Assembly (NCBI GenBank): GCA_013265495.1
Contig: MU058213.1
Span: forward strand, 4,650,001 to 4,714,000
Direction: 5' to 3'
Source: Vicugna vicugna
Lineage: Eukaryota
Length of the DNA stretch: 64,000 nucleotides
The translations under genes and the position numbers were made by a program. The notes under the pieces were generated by a model. That model had not been told where the DNA came from. It searched no databases and worked only from the letters and a program-made list of their open reading frames with translations. Of the stretch, positions 1 through 12,416 are shown one piece after another. Position 1 is the first letter of the stretch; every line of letters starts with the position of its first letter.

Positions 1-1529
1 ATGAGCCATGAGGAGGTGAGTGACTCAGTGCCACTGCCCTCTTGGATATCACTGGGGCCCTTGAGAGCTCTGGGCCCCTGAGGTACCACCTGCTGTTCTG
101 TGGTTGGCTCCCTCCTAACCTGGAAGGAAGAACCTCTGCTCTAGGAGCTCCTCTGGCCTGGCGCCTGTCTCCCGTGGGAGAGCCGTGAGCATCACTGAGC
201 TGGCCTCAGACGCCGGGGACCACGGGCTCCTTTCAGAGAGACTCTGCTGATGCATTTGAACTAGGATCAGGTGTCCTGCAATCCAGTCTCCACTCTACTT
301 TGCAGAAGAGCTGTCGGGCATTCCCTGAAGTGAGAGGGGGCTCCCCCTGGGAGGGTGGTGCTCAGGCCAAGCCTGTGCCGCCCTCACCGGCCTGCATGGG
401 CCGGGCCCCCGGGCCCCCTGGGCCTCTGGCCCTGCCAAGCCATGGACTTCCACACCCAGCCGTGTTTCTCAGCCCTTCTCTCATCAGCCAGGACGTTTTC
501 CCAGAAGATACAATCTGTGTCTGGCAGAAGCCCGCTTGCAAAAATAAATCTTTCCCTGAACATTTTCCAGGCCAATTTTAGAAACAAATCTGGGTGATGC
601 CTTTTACTCATTTCCAAAGACAGACAGCCAACGCCCGAGGCCTCTCTCTGTGCAGGAATGTTCTGGAAATGGGATTTGACCTCAGAAGAACCCAACCCTC
701 TTTGAGCAGGAGGCTGAGCTGCCCAGGTCTGGGGACATGGGTGGGATGGAGCTCACAGGTCTGGGCCCCAGAGCAGCACAGCTTCGCAGGGCGGGCCCTT
801 CCATTGCACCTGGCCCAGTTTTCCTACAGGTGGGAGCCTTCCTGTGGCTTCTGGAAGCACCGACAGCTGCAGAGGCTGCACTCCCCCCAACACCCATTCA
901 TTCTCTCGGGGAATATTTATTCTGAGAACCTGTTATGTCAATAGAGGCACCAGGCTCGGAGCTGGGGACACACCGTAGCCTGGCACATGTTGGGCCCTCT
1001 GTCCAAGAGGCGACAGCTGACTGAGTGATGTGGGCGTCACACAGGGCTGTGGTCCTCTGCGCTCTATACGGCATTGTCTCATTCCATTGTCACAACAGCC
1101 CTGTGAGCTGGGAAGGAAGGAAGGACGGAAGGGAGAGGGAAAGAGAAAAGGTGTTTTATTGGGTCAGTGCCCTCTGCTTCCACACACGCTGTTTAATCCT
1201 CCCAACCATACTGTGTGGTAAGAAGGTACCTCCATCCCCACTTTCACAGAAAAGAAAGCCAAGGCCCAAAGGAAGGGCCAGAGAGGGACAGACCCAAGGT
1301 TGGTCTGATTCCAGAGCCCCAAACTCAATCTCTCACAGGCACACACACAATCACACATGTCTGGTCTATGGGCCCTGCTCCAGGAACACCCTGTGACTGC
1401 CCCGCACACTGACACTGACCTTCCCTGTCAATAGGTATGTCCTGAACACCTGCCCTGCATCCTGCACTTTCCTCTCTGGGCCTGGGGCCCCGGTGTGAGC
1501 AGGAGAGACCAATGCCCTGCCCTCTCCAT

Positions 1530-1826
1530 GTGCACTGTGCGATATGGTGGCCACTGAGCCCCGGAAATGTGGCTCAGCCTGAACTGAGCTGTGCTGTAAG
1601 GGTGAAATACACACGGAATTTTCGAGACAGTAAGGAGAAAGGAATGGAAAATACTTTCTACTGATTGCATGTTGATAGTCTGTATCTTTTGGATATATTA
1701 GGTTAAAAATGTTCTTAAAAATAATATTTCCTGTTTCTTTTTTTTTAATGTGGCTGTTAAAACATGTAAGATCACACATGTGGCTCATGTTCATGGTTTG
1801 CATTCTATTTCTGAGGAATAACACTG
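1530..1826. mobile_element. MER33/MER3-like hAT-Charlie non-autonomous DNA transposon
   Basis: Degenerate termini (gcactgtgcgatatggtggccact ... ctatttctgaggaataacactg), internal 'atgtggct' motifs, AT-rich core, followed by a Charlie-type target 'ctctaggt'. Confidence 0.7.
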
Positions 1827-2339
1827 CTCTAGGTGGAAAGACAGACTCTGAAAAGTGAGCCAATACAGAAGAGGGTGATTACAAATAGAGAAAAGTGCCA
1901 GAGAGGAAATAATACAGGCGGTGCGTGGAGAGGGGCCGGCAGGTGGACACGGGCAGCTAGGACCTGTTGGACTCCTCGGGTGGCAGGTGGGGCTAGGGGA
2001 AAGGCAGGCGGCCCTTGTGACCATGGGAATAAGGCATTTTCCACTCTGGGGACGGCCCAGGACCTGTTTCCTGAAGAAAGGAGTTGCCGTGCAAAGATCC
2101 AGGGAGCTGTACAGACTCCCACTGTGTTCTTCCCTGCCTGAGCCAGAGGCCTGGAGCTGCAAAGACCCTGGGGGTCACTGCCTCCACCTCTGGGGTTCAG
2201 AGGGCTGTTGTTTACTGAGGTCCTGATGCGGATTGGGTGACTCTCCTGTGCCTGCCTCTAGTAGTGTTCACAGAAGGTCCTCTGCATGCCTGTGACAGTC
2301 CAGCCAGTAATAAGCTCTGGGGAGAAAGTGGTGATGGAA

Positions 2340-2715
2340 CCAAGTCTCTGCTCCCAAAAGCTCATACACAAGGATGGGGTGGCTGGTGACAGACAGTGAG
2401 CAAAGAAACGTATATGTCAGGAGTGATAGGTGAAAAGAAAAATCAAGAGGGAGAGAGGGTGGGTGGGAGCTGTGTTGGAGAGAAGGTGATATTTCATTAG
2501 AGACCTGAAATGAAGTCAGGGAGGGAGCCCTGAGGACACTGAGGGGAAGAGCGTCCCAGGGATCTGGAACAGCAGGTGCAAATGTCCTGTGGTAGGAAAC
2601 TGCCTCTCAAATTCAAGGACAGCATCAGGCCAGTGTGCTGGGGAAGGGTGAACAGGGGAGAGTGACCAAAGGTAAGGTTAGGGTGAGGACCCGAATGGAT
2701 TCAGAGTCATGTGGA
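2340..2715 (-). mobile_element. L2 (LINE2) fragment
   Basis: Typical antisense L2 motifs: 'aaggtgatatttcattagagacctgaa', 'ggggaagagcgtcccagg..ggaacagcaggtgcaaatgtcctgtgg', 'aggccagtgtgctgg'. Confidence 0.7.
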
Positions 2716-3715
2716 TGTCCTCCATAAGTGTCAGTTATGGTTATTATTACGATTACTAGTGTCCCAGGAGACCACAGGTTTCCCAGAAGGATGACAATGG
2801 CCACCATTCACAGGGTCTTCCAGGATGAGGAGGTGCCTCTGGCCTTAAGGCTTGGTACAAGAGAAACGAGATAGCCATGGCTGGGCGGGCGCACACTGTC
2901 TTATGCTCAGCAAATTACCTGTAAGAGAAACCACACAGAGAGACATTTGGACTAAGAGGGTCTTGTGGTGGAAGTTTGGAGCTGTCAGAGAGACAGGAGG
3001 CCCAAGTGATGACGGGACTCAGACATCTCCTACCATCATGGAGCCAAGGACCTAGTGGCTTGCTGAGAGTCTGCTCTCTCATCCTCCCCTATCTCCAGCC
3101 CCTGATTTACCAGGCCCCTCCCTTACTCAAGAATCCACAGTAGCTCCCTATTGCCTGCTGTTTTGTTCTTCAGCTGACCGTTTGCCACAGTGATCACTCA
3201 TGCCCCTCACGTCTCCCTGTCCAGTGATTATTTGTCCAAAAATGTTGGCTAAGACTGCTGGAGGAAATTACTTATTTATTTTTTGCTGAGAGGGAAAGAC
3301 CTGCTTTAATGAATATTTTTTTTCCCAAGAAAATGATCCTTCTGATCTTCTCTGAACCACAAAGCTATTGCTGCCTTGGCACTCCTATCATGTTGAGAGT
3401 GCTTCCTGGCCCTGCAGGGGCAGCGGGCTCCAAAACCAACTGAGGTGAACGGGCACAGCTGTGCTCACCAAACTGACTTGGCTTCAACAGCTGCCGCAGG
3501 AGGCCAATGGCTGCTGTGACAGGCTTTTTAACATAGCAGTGTGCATTCCAAGACCACTGGCCTCCCACCCCATCTGCATTCACTAAGCCAACATTTATTG
3601 AGGGCCTTCTGTGTGCCCACCACTATGCTGTGGCCTGGTGGCTCAGAAGTGGTGTCTGTAGGGGCAGTCTTATTCCAAAGATGCTTCCAGTAAAGAATGA
3701 CCATCATCACTTTTT

Positions 3716-3921
3716 TTATTTTATTTCATTTCATTTCATTTCATTTCAGTATAGTTGATTAACCATGTTGTATTAGTTTCTGGTGCACAGCATAGTGATT
3801 ACAGTTATACATGCATATGTTCTTTCTCATAGACTATGACAAGGTATTGAATGTAGTTCCCTGTGCTATACAGTAGGACCTTGTTGTTTATTTTATATAT
3901 AATAGTGTGTATCTGCAAATC
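3716..3921 (-). mobile_element. 5'-truncated L1 3' end (artiodactyl-type) with TSD
   Basis: T-rich/(TTTCA)n tail, L1 3'UTR motif 'gttccctgtgctatacagtaggacc'; TSD ccatcatcacttttt (3701-3715) / ccatcaccacttttt (3922-3936). Confidence 0.85.
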
Positions 3922-4239
3922 CCATCACCACTTTTTAAATGATTCCTTGTAGAAACAGAAAACCATTCTTTTGAATCTAATTACCAGAGTCCACTAAGCT
4001 TGTAAAAAATCTTTCCACATTCAGTCGTGTCTCATATGCCTGTTCTTTGATCTCCCAGGGAGCTCGTGTCCTGGTCCTTCTGTTCGCCTTTAATCAGGAA
4101 GATGGGCATCGTTACATAGCAGTGTGCAAATGGGACTCAGACAGGTAAGTGACTTTCTAAGATGATACAGCCACACAGTCTAGAGCCAGGCTGGAATCCC
4201 TGTGCCTGCATCTAGAAGACTCTTCACTCTGGAGGCATA

Positions 4240-4378
4240 GGGAATCTCTAGGGGAACTTACACAACTGCAAACCCCAGGGGCCGCTCCCAGAGGGTTGGA
4301 TTTAATTGGCAGGTCTGGGTGGGGGAGGTTAGAGCGCCCCAGATGATTCTAGCCACTTCTGGAGCTGGGATTCACTGT
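4240..4378. mobile_element. MER5-like hAT MITE
   Basis: Motifs 'cccagag..tggatttaattgg..tctggg' and 'ccccagatgattcta'. Confidence 0.5.
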
Positions 4379-4409
4379 GCCAGAGCCTGTAGCACAAGCG
4401 CACTGGCCC

Positions 4410-4570
4410 AGGGGCTAAGCAACCATCCTGCCTCTGCTAACTTGCTGTGTGGTTTCAGGCAAATGTCATAACCTCTCTGTTCTTCAGCTTCTTCATTTGT
4501 CAAAAGGGAGCTCTCTTTCCCCAGTGGGATCTGAGTCAGAGGATAAGGGGAAGTTACTTGAAGCCCTCAG
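4410..4570 (+). mobile_element. MIR SINE fragment
   Basis: MIR core-like 'ctgcctctgctaacttgctgtgtg...aacctctctgttcttcagcttcttcatttgtcaaa'. Confidence 0.6.
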
Positions 4571-7205
4571 GGATGGCCACTGTGAGAGAGGGCTTCAGAT
4601 CCTGGCCCTCCCACATTAGACTGGAGAGAGGGAGAACAGACCAAGGAAACTGTCATTGGTCCCCGTCCTCCTCACCCTGCAGTACTGGGTGGGGGGTTCC
4701 TGGGTGGCGGTCAGCAGTTCTTCAGCAAGGGGAGGGCGGCCAGGTCCACACTTTCCTTATGGTGACCAGCTCCCCAAGAGGCGAACAGGGCCCCAAGTGA
4801 AGGAGGTTGCTGGATCTTCAGGGCCAGGCTTGGAACAAGGGGGGAGGCCACCTGGGTCCTGGAAGGGCCACCGTGCCCGTGAGGGGTTCGCAGACAAACA
4901 AAGGCCCAGCCTGACCGAGACAAGTGGGGAGAGCAGGGGTCCTCTCCTAATGTGGTTCTCAGGACTTTTTTTTGTTTCTGTTCCTGCTGGTGGAAAATGT
5001 GTTGCAGAACAAACAGAACTAGGCTGGTTTTCCAAATTCTGAAGGTGACTCCACATTCTTTGGTGGTTTTTCAGTTTCTGAGATGGAGTTCACTATTCTT
5101 CCGGGGCACTCTGAGGCTCACTGGGACCTTAATGTGGGGCACTAGGGGGCTGGGGAGATGTGGGAGGCCACTGCCCTTCCCCACACCACATTACTTTTAA
5201 AGTAGAGGGGCTCAGAGAGCTTCAGGCTGGGAGTGGGGGTGCGGCTGGGTTCTGAGAATAAAACGGCAGGAGAGCTGGCCTGAGCCCCCAGGAACTGCCT
5301 GAAGCCCCCTCCAGGGAGGAGGGAAGCCAGGCAGCTGCAGGGCCATCTCCATGGTTCCCCTGAGCCCTGTAGGGGCAGGTGTCTGGTGGGGACTGAAGTC
5401 AGGTGGAAGCTTTCCTGTGCAGTGACAGGCACCCCTGTGGTGAGCTGAGCCCCCAAAGATGGCCCCAGCTTTCTCTCTCTGACTCACTGATGGTTTTCTC
5501 CATCTGATCCGGGGCAGCCCAGTGGATGCGGGCAGACTGGCCCGGTTCCTACAGACTAGCCTGATTCCCACACAGAGGCGGGCCCAGGAGCCGGAATTTC
5601 TTGGTATGAAAAAGCACTCCCTGCAGTCAGCACCCCAGGAAGTGAATCATAAAGGTTCTTTTCTGAGCCCTCCTCTCCTTGTGCAGCACCTCTGTGCTCA
5701 GAGTCTATAAACGAGCTGACAGTGCTCAGGAAAGGAGCCACAGTCACTGAGTGTGTTGCAGGGCCACCAGCAGTTGTCCGAGGCTGGTTGTCAGGGCAGT
5801 TGATGTGGATCAGCAACTTGACCTTCAGGTGCCAGGGTCATCAGTTTCCTTTCATTTTCTAGCTCCCAGGCTTGGTAGGAAATCCCTTCTATTGTGTGTG
5901 GAGACCTTTTCTGTTCCCTGGAGTCCTGTGGACCGAGGGGTGGGGCTCCGGGCCTCATGTCACCACAGCGCTGCTGACCGGCTCCTCAGTCCCCGTAACC
6001 CCTGGGACAGTAGCACCACCGAGCCCAGGCCCAGCCCCCAAACCGGTAAGCTGTCCCAGCCACCCAACTCCCACCCAACTCCTCCCCATTTGCTGAGACC
6101 ACCCCCCCATTCCCCCACCTATCCTGGCATGATCGACTCCCCCTCTTCAACCCAACATAACAGTCCCATCCCCACTTCCCCCTGCTCCCCCCGGGGCCTG
6201 GCATCACAGCTCTTCCCTTGCTGAGTTGGGGTGGGTAGGTGGAGAGGGTTCAGCCCTTCAGAAACAGAAACATGGCCTCTTCTTCCCCATATGGGAAGGA
6301 GGTGGGGAAGAAGATGCTTTATTCTTCCTTTGGGAATTCGGAATGAAAGTGTTAGCCAAATGATGCCTCCACCCCCAGCCTGCATCCTGACTCAAAACCA
6401 AACTGAACTCCAAAGTCCAGTCTTTTTTGTTTTACTAAATAGCTCACCCTGTTACATCAGCCTCACTTTATAGGTGAAGAAACCAAGGCTTGGAGGGGTT
6501 AGTTACTTCAGCTGCCACGTGGCCCTGGGTCAGAGTTTATGGAGATACTGGCCCCATCGCTGACCTCCTCAGCTGGACGGTGTCAGATGGGTGGTCAGCA
6601 CTGCCCTGGACTGTGGCCATAGAGCTCCAAGCAGTCACCCACCTGCTGAGACGGGGCCTCCATCACAGCCTTGGCCACAGCTGGCAAACGGGTGGGTCGT
6701 GACCAAGAGACTGTTACATTCCAGCCACTGGAGGCAGCGCTGGCTGAGCCTCCTTCAGGGATCGTCCCCCCGGTGCAGGGTTCTGCAGCTCAGGCCTGCT
6801 AGATTTTGATCACCTCTCCCACGCTAAATACCGTGCTCACAGTTGTTTGGTATCTCACATCATCCACACAGGAGTCCTGTTATTTTCATTCTCCAGATAA
6901 GGAAATGGTTGCTAAGAGTGCTGTGTAACTTTCCCAAGTCCTGTAATTAGAATGAAGGTTGACAAAGGGGGGTATAAGCCTGAATCTCCCAAGTCCCGTG
7001 TTCTTCCCGTAACTTATCAGCGAAGATAACTCAGCGATTTCACTTTTCAGACAGAGAAAAGCAGGAGAGGGGAATGCCATTCTTCACTCTTTTCATTTGT
7101 TGTGACACACGGGCAGACAGTGGACCACAGGGAAAGCAATCAGACGTTTCAGCCTCTCAGGAACTCTCAGGCTAGCAGTCACTACAGTGTTTATTCTACA
7201 AATGA

Positions 7206-7218
7206 CCACCAGGTGGCA
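7206..7218 (+). promoter_or_regulatory. Candidate CTCF site
   Basis: CCACCAGGTGGCA is an exact fit to the core CCASYAGRKGGCR. Confidence 0.45.
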
Positions 7219-8734
7219 TCATTGCACAACAGCTGCACATCCCGCGGCTCCCCTCAGACCAGAATGGAAAGGTGCAGCCCAGGGGAGTGGCCTGCTTTTC
7301 ATCAAAAGTCTCTCGAATGACTTGGTAAGTCTAATGAGACAGTGTCCATGCCCAGCTATTGCTCATGCTCCCCTGATGTCCAGAGCTGCTGTGTGATAGG
7401 GAACTCAACCAGCTCCCATCCATTTTCTAGTTCATCTACTTAGCAAAGATATCCTTTGTACTTAGTCGCTATTTAAAATATCTTGCCTATGTTAGCTCTT
7501 GTAATATTATCTGGTCTGTTTCTGAAAAGGTTGTGCTTCCTTGTCTGGAGGTGTAGGGAGCAAGAGTGAAGTTCTTTAATGATGGTCCCCTTTGACCTGA
7601 GGAGGTGATGGGGATAGGTGTTGGGTCTGGGTTGAAGGTGAAGGGGTCAGAGATTGTGCAAGGGCAGAGACGAGGTATGACCAGCAGGCAGCTTTGTACA
7701 GTCTACTCTTGGCCTCTGTACAGGGTCATGGACTTGGAAAGCTTTGGAGCTGGAGAGAGACAAAGGGAGAGAAGCACTTCTCACACTGTTGATGGATGGA
7801 GTCCTCTGGTGTGGTCCTTGGATTTTGAAAGTTCCTAGGAAGGGCATGGTGGGCAGGAGCCAGGAGCCCGGGGAGGTCACCAGGTTGGCTCCACACTGTC
7901 TTCAAGATTTTCCGTCACACGCTCTGCAAACGCGGGCAGCGTCAGGGCCTGGACACTTGGGAGAAGCAGGAAGTCAAATAAAGGCCCCAGGTATTGAAAT
8001 GTGAAGAGATAGGTCTTTCCTGGTGGAGGGGAATAATGGGGCAGCCAGAGCCCTGAGTGGTCAAGTCCACACAATTCCAAGTGTTACGTGCCCAAGATTA
8101 CCTTCAAAGAGCCGGTGAAGTAGAAGGAGTTACTAGTCTTAACAATCTCTAAACATCTGCTCCCGGAGCCCAAGAAAGTCAGAACTAGGGTGAGGGATCA
8201 GGAGAGGAGCCACAGAGGCCCAAACTATACAGCAGTGCAGGCTGCCTGTCATCCAAGGGAAGCAGATTCAGAGGAAGTTGGCAGGACCAAGGCTGAGTGC
8301 TGTGTGCTGAACTCTGACCTGTCGGGAAGCACCCATCTCAATGAGGGAGGAAGGGCCCACGGCTCCCCAACAGCATTTTTTAGTTTTTATTTTCTATGAA
8401 ACCTTAGCTCTTTGTACAATGAAGAGTCAGTTTTGGAGAATTTGCTGGAAGGAATGTGGGGTGCTGGGCAGAGATTCTAAACTGTGTTGAAGAAAGTATA
8501 AAGTGCGGTGACAAACTTTGTGAATTACAGGTAGAGATGCCTTTTTTTTTTAAATAATCTATTGTCCTATGATGACAGGTATCCAATTATTTTTGTAACT
8601 ACCATACGTAATCTGTAAATAATGAACAATGAGTATTTTTTAATGTTGTAGGAAAATAATTGCTATGACTTATTTAAATATGGTTACAAAAGAAGTTCAT
8701 AACAGAATTTGCCTTCAAGTGTCATTGCTGTGTA

Positions 8735-8975
8735 ATATGACTGGTATCCTTATAACATGAAGAGAATTTGGACACAAGTGCACAGAGAGACGACCATGTG
8801 CAGACATGGAGAAGACAGCCGTCTTGCAAGCCGAGGAGAGAGGCTTCCGGAGAAACCAGCTCTACTGACACCTTGATTTTGGACTTCTCGCCCTGAACAC
8901 AGTGAGAAAATAACTTTCTGTTCTTTAAGCCACCCAGCCGTGGTCCTCTGTTATGACAGCCCTAGTAAACTGGTC
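8735..8975 (+). mobile_element. MLT1A/B-like MaLR LTR (3' part)
   Basis: 'atgactggtatccttataa', 'gacaccttgattttggacttc', 'ttctgttctttaagccacccag', 'gttatgacagccctag'. Confidence 0.8.
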
Positions 8976-11312
8976 CACTGAGTTACACAGACCAACGGGG
9001 AAGCAGCAGTAAGGGCAGAGGAAGCAAAGATTGCTCCTTCCAGTGATAAACCGCTTTTCCCAGAATCATCTGTACCTGTCTTCTTAAAGTAGCTAAAAGA
9101 GAGAATCATGAATTTTCAGATTTCAAACGTGTTCATTCGTTTCTGCGCAACTGTAAATGGCCTGAAAGGAACAGCCATCCCTGTGTTCTAGAGCAGCGGC
9201 CTGTGCGGTGCCAAGCCCAGGCTCCAGTTTGGGAAGATGAGTGAGCAGACCCACCAGGTCCCCGCGGAGCTCTGGTGCAGGTGCCAGGGAGCCCTGGGGA
9301 CTTAGGCAGGGCCAGCCAGACAGCGCAGTCTCTGCCAGGCCCTAAGGCCAGCTCAGTAAGCTTGGCAAGGCCGCTGAGCACAGCTGGTCAGGAGACCCCC
9401 TCCAGGGCTGAACAAGTGCTGGAGCTGGTCGGAGAACACTGGCCTTGCTGGAGATTTGGGAGTGCCTGGTCTCCACCGGGGTCTCCCACCCAGAACCGGG
9501 CCAGGGCTGGTGACCCGGCCCAGGCAGCTGCACGTGGTCAGTGCTCGATTTTGAAAACAGTAGCTAAGTACTGACAAATTGCTTTTAAGATAAATAGTTG
9601 ATGGACTGAATAGTGCTTTTCAAAAATTGGTTTACGTGCATGGGCCGAGTTCCCCTAACACACAAAGGAAATTTTCCGGGGAGAAAACTCCAGAATCTAT
9701 AGCTCTAGGCGTATGAGGTTGACAGGCCAAGGAGAAAAATTAATTATTTGAGAGCTCTGCGGCTTGGCAGTCGGCGTCCTGCTGGTATCCCTGCAAACAG
9801 GTACCTGAACTTTCTCTACAATGAAACCTTATTAATTTGAAATCCAAAGAACAAAAAGAAAAGTTCTCCAGCCCCCACTGGATTTTGCATTTACCAGGGT
9901 TGGCTTATCTCCACACTTTTATTAAACAGTAATAAAAGGCATCTGGTTGGTTGGGGACTAGCACTGGCTTTGAAATAGTCTCTATTTTTAATTAACCAGT
10001 GCTGAAATAATGAGGTTTTGCTGTAATTTGGTATGATTTAATTAACTCTAACTTTGTGTCAGGCCTTAAAGCTCCCTGCCCCAACCAAGAAAGCCCTCAG
10101 CCAGCTGCTTGGATTAGGTGTTTGCCAAGCTAGTGGGGCCTCTAGGAAGGCCTGCCTTGCTTTGCCCCTCAGGGCAGCAGCAGCGGGGACCCCACTTTTG
10201 CTCAGCGGCTTCTGGAATAGCCTGTTTTTCTGGTTTTCTTATTTGCCATTGCTGCAAAGCCTGTTACCTTCCTCTCCCACCAGGTTCCCTGCTGCACATC
10301 CATCCACAGGCTCCCAGGCTGAGAACCACTCTTAAAAAGTCTTCTCCTTTTTACCTCAAACTGTACCAAATCCTGCGCCGTCTTCCTTGTCAGAACCTAC
10401 CCCCACCGTGGTTGCCTTTCCCCGGTCCAGGGGACCTAGCTGCATCCCGGGCTCCCTGCCTCTGTTCTCAATCCATTTCCTGTGCAGGTGACCCTCTCCT
10501 TCACCAACAGCCCTCCTGTAGCCCCCCTGTGCCCATCAGAGGTTGTCCTTGGGCTGCAGGGCTCCAGGAATTGGTGCAGGGACCTTGAGGTGAGAGTGAG
10601 GGGGTGGAGAGGGTGGAGGAGCCTGGACAAGCCACTTCATTTTCCTCACCTCTGCTCTGACCAGAGTGGCCCTGCTTTCCTTGAGTTCACGCATGAAGCT
10701 TCTGTGTAACATCTGATGTGGCAACGCAAGGTTTCTGTTGCTAAAAATAAGTTTAAAAACCACTGATCTGTACAATAGGACCATGCTCTCCAGCTTAGTG
10801 GTCATCACCCAGAACCTTGCAACAAAGGCCACCTCTCTTTTTGTCCACCTCTCCCTCTCTCCAGACCCACCCATCCATTGGGCCCTGAGTGCGTCTGGTC
10901 GTTTCCCACTCTTGTGCCTGGAGTAGAAGGCCCCTCTTCTCCGTCTTTCTAATTCCCAGCGGTGAAGGCATAGTGGAGACGCCACCTGCCTCTGATGTGG
11001 CTGTGTCCACCCTGACCCCTGGGGCTGGAAGGCTCTCTCTCATCCCGCAGGCCCCTGCTTCTCTCCCTCGCCACAGCTGGGCAGGCCAGGGGACCTTCTG
11101 TGGCCTGGCGCAGAAACACGTGCCTGCTGCGGAGTGTGGGATGGAGAATGGAGATTGAGCCATGTCGTGATGCAGGCCACTGCCGGGGCAGAAGGACCAG
11201 CTGAAGTTGGGAGCCACTTGTCCATCACAATTGGGAGGTGGGGGTGCAGAGGCTGTGGGGAAACTGAGAGCAGTGACCAGCAGAGGCGGGAGAGCGAGGA
11301 GGATGGATGGAT

Positions 11313-11332
11313 CAGAGAGAGAGAGAGAGAGA
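11313..11332. repeat. (GA)n microsatellite
   Basis: Direct reading. Confidence 0.9.
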
Positions 11333-11640
11333 CCTGGCTCTGGCCTTGTTCGTGAGACCCCCTGGGAGGTCTTGCAGCAAACCTTCCCCTTCCTGGAGCC
11401 CACCGCACAGGCCTCTGTTCCTGCCAGGAGCTCATTCACCGCTCCTGGGCTGGACCTTGAGTGTCTCCAGGGCAGATGTTGTGTCTCATTCAGCTTTCAT
11501 CCCTTGCAGCACACACAGGAGCATGACAGCGGGGGTGCCCGCGGGAGCCAGGGCTACCTGCCTGCCTGGAAAACTCGGTACGTTTGCGCTTTGATGCTGA
11601 GTGTGTACAGCCCAAGCCTTGGGAGGGAGGGATCCAACTA

Positions 11641-11928
11641 AGACAGTCACGAAAGACCACAAATGATTTCATTTGTATGAAATGTCCAGAATAGGAAAAT
11701 CCATAGAGATAGAAAGTAGATTAGTGGATGCCAGGACCTGGGGGGAGGGGAGAATGGGACGTGACTTTGAATGGGAATGGGGTTTCTTTTTGGGGTGATG
11801 AAAATGTTCTGGAATTAGGTAGTGATGATGGTTGCACAGCCTTGTGAATGTACTAGAAACCTACTGAATTGTACACTTTAAAATGGTGACTTTTATGGTA
11901 TATGAACTATATCTCAATTTTAAAAAAA
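11641..11928 (+). mobile_element. L1MB-type 3' end
   Basis: 'atgaaatgtccagaatagg', 'ggggtgatgaaaatgttctggaattag', 'actgaattgtacactttaaaatggtga', ending in an A-run. Confidence 0.85.
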
Positions 11929-12129
11929 CGGGCAGCCCTAATGATTAAATATGTAAGCATTAAGCAGCAACGATGGCTATTTTGGTAAAAAGAGGGGCAG
12001 CCAGGTATTATGAGCCTCCTTTGGAAGGAGTCTCTACCACCTATAAAGGAACTCTGCCAAAAAAAGGTGAACTTGAGTCCAGTCAAGCCTGGAGCTCCCA
12101 CCAGCCTCACAGGAAGGAGGGAGGCAGAG

Positions 12130-12415
12130 AAACGTGTTAAATGACACCACGGGGAAGTAGTCCAGACTGCAGGAAGCTATAGTGGACAAAGAACTCAGTT
12201 ACTTCAACAAACACATTCCAGAGTAACAAAGGGGAAGAGACCCCAGGGGAACCTATAGATTAAAAGAGACAAATCAACCAATTGCTGTATGTGGAACTTC
12301 CCTGATCCTGGGTCAAATAACTTGTTTTTAAAAAATTATGACATTTGACACTTTGGAAATTTGAACACTGACTGGATACTTGATAATACTGAGGCATTAC
12401 TGTTAATTATTTCTA
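12130..12415 (+). mobile_element. Ancient L1ME-type 3' region, left part (interrupted)
   Basis: 'tatagattaaaagagac', 'ggaaatttgaacactgactggatacttgataata..gcattactgttaatt'; continues at 14685. Confidence 0.6.
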
Positions 12416-12416
12416 G

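Noticed and set aside
8480..8720. AT-rich block, possibly DNA-transposon internal sequence
   Set aside because: No termini or family-diagnostic motif that I can support
10795..11439. 214-aa minus-strand ORF
   Set aside because: Runs through a (GA)n microsatellite; no recognisable protein features
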